Shown here: piece after piece, positions 47,343 to 64,000 of the stretch
Position numbering within the stretch: the first letter of the stretch is position 1
Layout of the letters: each line of letters opens with the position of its first letter
From: the human T2T-CHM13v2.0 reference genome, Homo sapiens
Length of the DNA: 64,000 nucleotides
Direction: 5' to 3' (one strand)
Assembly: GCF_009914755.1 (NCBI RefSeq)
Contig: NC_060931.1
The notes under the pieces: model-generated
Seen by the model: only the letters and a program-made list of their open reading frames with translations
Told to the model about the DNA's origin: nothing
Databases searched by the model: none
Made by a program: the position numbers and the translations under genes

Positions 47343-47690
47343 TGATATGCTTCGGCTGTGTCCACACCCAAATCTCATCTCGAATTGTAATCTGACTCGT
47401 AATCCCCAGGTGTCAGGGGAGGGACCTGGTGGGAGGTGATTGAATCATCAGAGTGGCTTCCTCCGTGCCGTTCTTATGATAGCGAGTTCTCACGAGATCT
47501 GATGGTTTTATAAGTGCCAGTTCCTCCCGCCCGCTCTGGTGAAGAAGGGGTTCGCTCCGCCTTCTGCTATGATTGTAAATTTCCTGAGACCTCCCAGCCA
47601 TGTGAACCGTGAGTCAATGAAGCCTCTTTCCTTTATAAATTACCCAGTCTTGGGTATTTCTTTATAGCAACATGAAAACAGACTAATACA
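47343..47690 (+). mobile_element. THE1-type MaLR solo LTR nested in an old L1 3' end (~46140-47790)
   Basis: TGATATGCTTCGGCTGTGTCC...GACTAATACA with a 5-bp TSD GGGGG on both sides. Confidence 0.85.
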
Positions 47691-48404
47691 GGGGGCTATT
47701 GGCCCATCTTCTTTGTGGCGACGGTGTCACAGGTGTACATATCTATGTCAAAACTCATTGAAACCACACAGTTAAATGGATGCAGTTTACTATATCCATC
47801 AGACCTCGGTAAACCAGCAAAGCCAGCTCTCTGTGCTCAGAGCCCCGCCCGGAAGGAACCCTGCAGCCTTTTCAGATCCTTGTCTGTTCCTCCCGGTCCC
47901 CTCAGTCTCCGTGAGAACCTGGGCCAGGTTCCCTCTGCACCATGGAGAATGGCGAGTGGGTGGAGGTGCCCCCCCCCATTGTCCCTGCCCATAATCACGC
48001 CTGGGAGGTTGTCACTGCCGCTGCCCCTGCACCCCCAGAGCCACACTGAGAGTGGCGTAGCCTTTGCTCCCTCTGTGTGGCATGCCTCACCCTGAAGGTC
48101 TGCCCTGGCCTCCTGCCTGGCCACTCTGCCATGGCACGGTCAGTGCCCAAGGAGGGATGCAATTTAGGGGACCTGCCTTGAGGTCTGGCATCTCCTGGTG
48201 TTGTCTATTTGCTTTGTTTGGTTGCTAATTGGCATTCCGTTTTTAGGCCTGATATAAGTTACTTGAGACCCAGTTGTATCCCATCATCTTTGGCCCAGGT
48301 AAAGCCTCCCCTCCCAAGTGGTTGATTGTGAACAGTGCAGCCCACCTGTTCGTCATCCCGCCAATCCCCAAACCCAACACACCCACAGCTGCTGACCACG
48401 CTGA

Positions 48405-48596
<192 letters not shown>

Positions 48597-48755
48597 TGAG
48601 TAGCTGGGATTACAGGCATATGCAACTACACCCAGCTAATTTTGTATTTTTAGTAGAGACGGGGTTTCTCCATGTTGGTCAGGCTGGTCTCGAACTCCCG
48701 ACCTCAGGTGATCCGCCCACCTTGGCCTCCCAAAGTGCTGGGATTACAGGCGTGA

Positions 48756-49142
<387 letters not shown>

Positions 49143-49843
49143 TAGTCAGGATGGTCTCGATCTCCTGACCTCGTGATCCGCCTGCCTTGTCCTCCCAAAG
49201 TGCTGGGATTACAGGAGTGAGCCACCGTGCCCGGCCTCTCTTTTTTCTTTTACTTTCTCTTTTTTCTTTTTCTTTCTCTTCTTTTTATTTCTGTTTCTTT
49301 CTCTTTCTTTTTCTTTCTCTTATCTTTCTCTTTCTCTCTCTTTTAAAAAAAATTTCTTTTCTTTTTCTTTCTTTCTTTTTTTTTTTTTGAGGCGGGGGTC
49401 TCGTATGTTGCCCAGACTGGCTCAAACTCCTGGCCTCAAGTGATCTGCCCACCTTGGCCTCCCAAAATGCTGGGATTGCAGGTCTGAGCCACCACACCCA
49501 GCCCTGTTTTCCATTTTAACTGAAATGTCCTGACCAATAGTTTCCAGAAACGGCATTTGACTATTGTAGCCACAAACCCAGGATGGGCTGGGCAGTCTTC
49601 TGCATACAAGTGTGTGTGTGCACGAAAATGATTGCTTTTCTTTTCCATAAACCCTCTTACAAGCTCCTGACGGCAGAAACGGGCTGTGTTTCCTGCTGTG
49701 TCACACAACACTGAGCTTGGCAGACGTTCAGTTCTCGAAGCCTTTTTCTCCCATCGAGGACAAGCACGCAGGTGGCTGTGTCTGTCACACGCTGTGCAGA
49801 GAGGCTGTTCCCAGACACTCCAGCCCCTGCTTCCACTTTCCTA

Positions 49844-50242
<399 letters not shown>

Positions 50243-50269
50243 TCAAAAAAAATAAATAAATAAAAATAA

Positions 50270-50908
<639 letters not shown>

Positions 50909-50990
50909 TAAAGCTTTGTGGCTAAAGTGATGACACCTTCTCCGCCTGCTGTGTCCTGGGCATAGCCGGGGGCATAGCTGGGCATTTCTA

Positions 50991-51356
<366 letters not shown>

Positions 51357-51552
51357 TCACACCACTGCACTCCAGCCTGGGTGATAGAGCGAGACTCAGT
51401 GTCAAAATAGAAAAGAAAAGGGTAAGTATGGTAGTCACACCTGTAATCCCAGAACTTTGGGAGGCTGAGGTGGGATGATTGCTTAAGTCCAGGCATTTTG
51501 AGACCAGCCTGGGCAACATAGCAAGACCCCATCTTTATAAAAAATAATACTA

Positions 51553-51717
<165 letters not shown>

Positions 51718-51862
51718 TTAGCTAGGCATGGTGACCTGTGCCTATAATCCCAGCTACTCAGGAGGCTGAGGCAGGAGGATTGCTTGAGCCCAGGAGTTTG
51801 AGACTAGAGTGAGCTATGATCATGCTACTGCACTCCAGCCTGGGTAACAGAGCAAGACTCTA

Positions 51863-52274
<412 letters not shown>

Positions 52275-52696
52275 TCAGGTGGGGTGGGTATGGCTGGTGG
52301 TGGAGCAGCCCGCACTGGGCCTGGGTGAATGTGCATAGTGTAGACATCAGCAGCAAGGGGGGGACCCTGAATGGTGCAAGGAGAGGCTGCAGGAGATGTG
52401 ACAGCTGCCCTGTCCCTTGGCTTCAAGCAACAGTGTGGCTTAGGTGGCACTTTGGTTGCCTCTGTGACCCCAGGCTGATAAAACCACCCAATCACATGGC
52501 AGCTACTTCTACCAGAAGGTGAATGCCCATCAGGCACTGGGACCCTCCTCTGCATCCCCGGCGTTTGCCTAAACCCCAGACGAGCAGGGCCAGCTGCTGT
52601 TCCAGCATCTGTGCTAGAGCTTGGCTCACACTGTTCCACTGCCTGGAATGCCAGCCTCTGTCCTCTCCTCCGGCCCATTAGAAAGGGGGAAACTGA

Positions 52697-53110
<414 letters not shown>

Positions 53111-53737
53111 TAGAAAATTACTGAAACTGACATAAGAAATCGAATCTGTAACTTAAAATCCCCCCACCACGGCCCAGCGCGGTGGCACATGACTGTAATT
53201 CCAGCAGTTTGGGAGGGCAAGGTGGGAAGAACTCGTGAGGCCAGGAGTTCAAGACCACCCTGAGCAACATAGCAAGACCCCCCGCCTCTGTCGCTACAAA
53301 AAATTTCCAAATTAGCCGGGCATGTTGGTGTATGCCTGTAGCCCCAGTTGCTTGGGAAGTGAGGAGGAAGAATTGTTTGAACACAGGAGGTCGGGGCTGC
53401 AGAGAGCTGTGATTGCATCTCTGCACTCTAGCCTGGGTGACAGAGTGAGACTCTCTTTTTTTTTTTTTTTTTTTAAGACTTTAGAAAATGGCCTTTTGAG
53501 GACCTGGCTCTTGCCTTGAATGAATGAGGGGACCTCTTCACCCTTCAGACCCCCAGAATGGCAGGTTCCCTCTCCCCATGGGTATTTCTGCTGGGACTCT
53601 CTCTGGGTTCACCTGAAAGGTACAGAGCTCTTCAGCTCCCTTCCACTCTTCAGAAAAGACATCCCTCGCCACAGCCTGAGTCCACTGGAGCACACAGTTG
53701 ATGACTTTTAGGCTGTTGATATTTCTCTGGTAACGTG

Positions 53738-53786
<49 letters not shown>

Positions 53787-53901
53787 TTGAGATGGAGTCT
53801 CGCTGTGTTTCCTAGGCTGGAGTGCAGTGGCACAATCATAGCTCACTGCAGCCTCCACCTCCTGGGCTGAAGTGATCCTTCTGCCTCAACCTCCCACGTA
53901 G

Positions 53902-54150
<249 letters not shown>

Positions 54151-55020
54151 TGAGAAGGAAGTGCCAGGGATTCAATTATTTCCAAAAACTGGGTTTCCAG
54201 GTTTTGCCATTGAGAAATAAATTGGGATTTGGGTCAGGTGCAGTGGCTCATGCCTGTAATCCCAGAACTTTGGGAGGCCGAGGCAGGTAGATCACTTGAG
54301 GCCAGGAGTTCAAGACCAGCCTGGCCAACATGGCAAAACCCCGTCTCTACTTAAAATACGTTTTTAAAAAAGAAGAAAAAGAAAAAAGAAAATTAGCCGG
54401 GCATGGTGGTGGGTGCCTGTAATCCCATCTACTCGAGACACTGAGGCAGGAGAATGGCTTGAGGTGGAGGTTGCAGTGAGCCGAGATTGCACAACTGCAC
54501 TCCAGCCAGCCTGGGCGAAAGAAACCGGGATTTAGAAATGCCTCAGGTATTGGGCTCCTGTCTCCTCTTGCGGGGGTGGGGGAGAGTGGTATTTTCACGC
54601 CTTCCAGGAAGCAGGGGGGTGTCTCCAGTCCCATAACCTTCTTCTCACCTGGATTTGCCATGCTGGTGAGTGCTGCAAAAGTGCTGAGTGAGCCAAGCAC
54701 ACCTTGTCCCCTCCCTAGCTGGTCTCTCTGGGACAGCCTGGTCCACAGTTCCTTCTGCTTTTCCAAACAGAAGACCTTTGTGGTTTTCTAACTTCACCTG
54801 TGACTGGCAGGTGCAAAGTGCTGGGAAACCCACGCGGTCAGTCTCCCCCGGCCTCCGCCCCGGTCCCTCTACTTCCTCCAATTCAGTGTCGTTCATAATA
54901 AAACGGATTTTGATTGCTATGCATCTGACACTGGTGTTTATGGCTTGGGGGATTACAAAGTTAGGAAAGGAAGAGGGGCTGGTATCAACCCCCAAACTAG
55001 CATGCTTACGTGGATTGCAA

Positions 55021-55456
55021 GGAGTCTGGCATGGTGATGTGTGCCTGCAATCTCGCAATGCGTCCGTTATGTGCGCTTGCCTTCGTCCAGCGTGGTTATC
55101 TGCACTCGCAATGCGTCTGGCATGGGTACCTGCGCTTGCGATGGGTCCGGCGTGATTATGTGCGCTTGGCTGCATCTGGCGTGGTTATTTGCGCTTGCAA
55201 TGCGTCCGGCAGGGTTATGAGCGCTTGCAATGGCTCCGCACGATTATCTGTGCTCGCAATGAATACGGCAAGGTTATGTGTGCTTGCCTGCATCCGGCAT
55301 GGTTATCTGCGCTTGCAATGTGTCCGGCACGGTTATGTGTGATTACAGTGCCTCTGGCATGGTTATCAGCGCTTGCAATGCATCTGTTATGTGCGCTTGC
55401 AATGTGTCTGGCATGGTTATGTGTGCTTGCAATGCTTCCGTTATGCGTGCTTGTAC
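55021..55456. repeat. CpG-rich 30-bp minisatellite (TGCGCTTGCAATGCGTCCGGCATGGTTATC-like), about 15 copies including 24-bp variants
   Basis: Units aligned directly. The ORF translations show 10-aa periodicity. Confidence 0.9.
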
Positions 55457-56328
55457 TTGCTGGGGATATGGACCAGCTGCATCGCCTTTGTTTCTCTCCA
55501 TCCCACTGCCTCATGATAACCACCATGCCAAAGCAGCAACTGTCCCCCACAATCTGAAGGACGTGACATCGAAGCTTCCCTTGAAACCTACTGAGGAGCT
55601 TGTAAGAAACTGATTTGGCACAAACAATCCCCACTGCAACTCACTCAATCCACAATGAGGACTTTTTTTTTGAGACAGAGTCTCGCTCTGTCGCCCAGAC
55701 TGGGCTTGAACTCCTGGGCTGAAGTGATCCTCCTGCCTCAGCCTCCTGAGTAGTGGGGAGTACAGGCACGCACTCCACACCAAGCTAATTTCTTAATTTT
55801 ATTTTGTAGAGACGGGGTCTTGCTATATTGCTCAGGCTGGTCTAGATCTCCCAGGCTCAAGTGATCCTCCTGCCTTGGCTGGGATTACAGGCATGAGTCA
55901 CTGCATCCAGCCCCCATCCCCCTTTTTTGGCTTAACCCCACCAAGATAAAGGGAACATGAATACAGTTAAAGGTAGAAAAGAGACGTCCACACAGTGTTA
56001 GGAGAAACATTACTAATGGCAACCCCTGGTAGAGCAAAGCTGAAGCCCAGGCTGGGTGCAGTGGCTCACGCCTATAATCCCAGCACTTTGGGAGGTTGAG
56101 GCAGGTGGATCACGAGGTCAGGAGTTCAAGACCAGCCTGGCCAAGATGGTGAAACCCCATCTCTACTAAAAATACACAAATTAGCTGGGTGTGGTGGCAG
56201 GGGCCTGTAATCCTAGCTACTTAGGAGGCTGAGGCAGGAGAATCGCTTAAACTCAGGAGGTGTAGGTTGCAGTGCGCAGAGATCGCACAACTGCACTCCA
56301 GCCTGGGCAACAGAGCAAACCTGTCTCA

Positions 56329-57024
<696 letters not shown>

Positions 57025-57409
57025 TGACTGCCTGGGGCTCCCAAAGTGCTAGGATGACAGGGGTGAGCTAACCCGACGTCTTTAAAAAAAAAAAAAAAAG
57101 TGTAAATGAAGAGTGGTAAGACATGAGACCCCCTCTACACTGGGCTGGGTGGTCGCTCGCCCCAGTCTGCAGAGGGAAAGAAAAGGTCTGAACTTGGAGG
57201 TGTGAAAATGGAACCTCTCTAGAAAGCTGCACCCTGGCCAGCGACACCACAGCTGTGTCTCCTGGAGCTGGGAGCATCCCCACTCACACCTCAGGGAGGG
57301 AGTGGAGTATTCCCAGGTGCAGATATGGCCCGGTGCAGATACGAACCCAACCAAGTTAAAGCCCTCTTGAGGGTCCTGCCGCTGTCCCCATGACAAGTGC
57401 GAGGCAGCC

Positions 57410-57440
57410 CTGCCCCCTGGTGGCAGCACTCAGAACTGCA
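57410..57440 (-). promoter_or_regulatory. CTCF binding site with upstream (ZF9-11) motif
   Basis: Minus strand TGCAGTTCT-GAGTG-CTGCCACCAGGGGGCAG, comprising the core CCACCAGGGGGC and the TGCAG upstream module. Confidence 0.7.
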
Positions 57441-57681
57441 TCAGCAGGTGGGCTGCCCTAGGACCGGGGGACATCGCAGGCAACATAAATGCCCTTGTGG
57501 GTTACAATCTAATAAGGAAGATGTTCAATCATCTTATTAAAATAATCGGCCGGGCGCGGTGGCTCACGCCTGTAATCCCAGCACTTTGGGCGGCCCAGGC
57601 GGGCAGATCACGAGGTCAGGAGATCGAGACCATCCTGGCTAACACGGTGAAACCCTGTCTCTACTAAAAATACAAAAATTA

Positions 57682-58203
<522 letters not shown>

Positions 58204-58919
58204 TCAGGCTCTCCCAGGGATGTCGGTGTCTGTGCGGTTGCCACTGCCCAGTGGCCTGGGTTCTGCTTCTCCTCTGGACTCAGGTTCTCTCTGGGGCTGA
58301 CAAGATCCAGGTGGGCAGAGAATGAGGTGAAGGCTTGAAGACCAAATCATGGGAGATGCCGGGAATGGGTGGTGCTGTCCACTCTGACCGCAATTTCCCA
58401 TCAATATCCAGACCTGTGCCTGCAACATCAAGACCTGTGCCTGTTCCTAAAGAGTGCGGGTACCTGAAGCCCCCCACAAGGGCTCCCCCTCTACAAGACC
58501 TGCCCCCAGGATCTTAGGGCCTGGGAAAAGCAGGAGCTAAGATGAGGGTTTTGGGGGAGAGGAGGGGACCCCTTCATTGACTCCATGGACCAGCCTCAAA
58601 ACAGAGATGGAGGCAGAGATGTTCAGAGATAGTACCAGTGTCAAGGAAACTCCTGTGTCGCCCCTAGGTCAGGCTGCCCTGGAGAGAAGTCCAGAGCCCC
58701 TGGAGGGGATAGACTGAGCTAGAGAGATAAGGGGGTGGCTGGTGCTCCCCTACTTCATCAGATAGGACTGTGAAGCCTGGGAGCAGGCTGGGAGTCCGAG
58801 GATATGGGAGAACATTCACAGCTGAGAAGTAAAGGAGAGGGTGGGCGCGGCAGCTCATGCCTGTAATCCCAGCACTTTGGGAGGCCGAGGTGGGCAGATG
58901 ACTTGAGCTCAGAGGTTCA

Positions 58920-59838
<919 letters not shown>

Positions 59839-60535
59839 GCAAGAGCAATGGGGTAAGTTTCAGTATTGGGGTGTGCATGAAATGGGGGACAATATTGCAG
59901 GCAAAGACACTGGCTGAGAGCAACCCCTCCAGCTCGTACCCCAAATACCCCATTAAGATCTCATTTATTTGTCCACAGAATGGGAACAGAAATAGCACTT
60001 TGGCCAGGCGCGGTGGCTCACGCCTGTAATCCCAGCACTTTGGGAGGCCTAGGTGAGTGGATCACGAGGTCAGGAGTTTGAGACAGGCCTGGCCAATATG
60101 GTAAAACCCCGTCTCTACTAATACTACAAAAATTAGCCGGGCATGGTGGCTTATGCCTGTAATCCCAGCTACTCAGGAGGCTGAGGCAGGAGAATCACTT
60201 GAACCCAGGAAGCGGAGGTTGCAGTGAGCCGAGATTGCGCCATTGCACTACAGCCTGGGCAACAAGAGTGAAACTCTGTCTCCGAAAAAAAAAAAAAAAA
60301 AAAAAAAAAAAAGGAAGGAAGAAATAGCACCGCCCATGGGAATGGGATTCCCGCCCTCTTGGGCTGCTGTGTTTGGCTCCAGAGTGTAGAGCCTGGGCTT
60401 GTGAAGACAGGGGGAGCCTTCCAGGCCTCTAATTTCCTGAAGCCATTTGTGGGGACTCCTGAACACACCTGGAGGAAGTCCCGCCTCTCTCCAGAAGAAC
60501 AGGGCAAAACACTGCCCTCTGACGACAAATTGTAG

Positions 60536-60701
<166 letters not shown>

Positions 60702-61252
60702 TAGCTGAGATTATAGGCACCCACCACCACGCCCAGCTAATTTTTGTATTTTTAGTGGAGACAAGGTTTCACCATGGTGGCTGGGATGGTTTCGAGCTCC
60801 TGAACTTGTGATCCACCTGCCTTGGCCTCCCAAAGTGCTGAGATTACAGGCGTGAGCTACCACGCCGGCCTGAATCTTAATTTTTGTTCCGCAAACGCCC
60901 TCCTTCTGCCCTCAGGCCTGGGAGGAAAATGCTCCTTCTCTAACTCCGTGGAGTCTCTGCCCCAAGGGGATCCATCAAACAGGAAATTCAGGATTCCAAT
61001 TTGTAGGGACAAGTACCAAATTTCCTTCCAGAAAGCTTGACAAATTACCTTCCACCAACTGCATGCAAGAAAACCTCTCACCTCTACCAGGCTGGTTAGA
61101 AACTTACAAATTTTTTGCCAATATTTTTGCAAAAACACAGTATTGCATTTACAGTTTTTTCATTTGCTGAATCAAAGGTAAGCTGGGAGGCAGGATCACT
61201 TCCAGAACAGCAGAATAAACACCTCTGATAATCGGCCAGGCGCAGTGGCTCA

Positions 61253-61648
<396 letters not shown>

Positions 61649-61678
61649 TTAAGAAAAATACCTGAATATCTCTAAGAT

Positions 61679-62874
<1,196 letters not shown>

Positions 62875-63203
62875 AGACCAGTGAGCTTTGTAGCATGTGG
62901 ACTTCCCATTTCCTTCTTCCCAACTCTGATAGCTTTAAAATCCAATAGGTTTGGCCAGGTGCACACTTGTAATCCCAGCACTTTGGGAGGCTAAGGTGGG
63001 TAAATTGCTTGAGCCCAGGAGTTTAAGACCAGCCTGGGCAAGATGGCGAGACCCCATATCTACAAAAAATACAAAAATTAGCTAGGCGTGGTGGCACAAG
63101 CCTGTAGTCTCAGGTACTTGGGAGGCTGAAGTGGAAGGATCGCCTGAACCCGGGAAGTCGAGGCTGCAGTGAGCCATGATCATGCCACTGTACTCCAATC
63201 TGA

Positions 63204-63667
<464 letters not shown>

Positions 63668-63717
63668 TCACCTATAAGGCAACTGTCTAGAAAAGCCCCA
63701 CTCAGATGACTTTTTAA

Positions 63718-63891
<174 letters not shown>

Positions 63892-64000
63892 TGAGACGGA
63901 GTCTCGCTCTGTTGCCCAGGCTGGAGTGCAGTGGTGCGATCTTGGCTCACTGCAGGCTCCGCCCCCCGGGGTTCACGCCATTCTCCTGCCTCAGTCTCCC

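Noticed and set aside
55021-55456. CRISPR-like periodicity here and at 45237-45576 and 31543-31892
   Set aside because: Whole units are repeated with no unique spacers, there are no cas genes, and the context is eukaryotic.
54645-55634. Overlapping Cys/Ala/Met-rich ORFs on both strands
   Set aside because: They are explained by the 30-bp repeat lacking stop codons, and show no recognisable domain.

Overview
Primate, almost certainly human, genomic DNA that is very Alu-dense. I recognise it as the RBAK locus (chr7p22.1). From left to right it contains: (1) the 5' LTR (LTR2-type) and tRNA-Glu primer-binding site of a HERV-E/Harlequin provirus that runs off the left edge; (2) an unprocessed Speedy/RINGO-E (SPDYE) pseudogene on the minus strand, with stops and a frameshift; (3) a CpG-island promoter driving RBAK, a 5-exon KRAB zinc-finger gene whose spliced CDS is 2145 nt (714 aa); (4) the small GC-rich RBAKDN 'lncRNA' unit; (5) about 19 kb of Alu/LTR-rich intergenic DNA with a CpG-rich 30-bp minisatellite and a strong CTCF site. 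The most interesting signal is in RBAKDN. Its first AUG opens a spliced 81-aa ORF with a textbook signal peptide, which makes it a candidate secreted microprotein, and a second frame stays open across the same splice junction. Most ORFs in the supplied track are Alu-derived noise. Gene and repeat names come from recognition, not from database searches.
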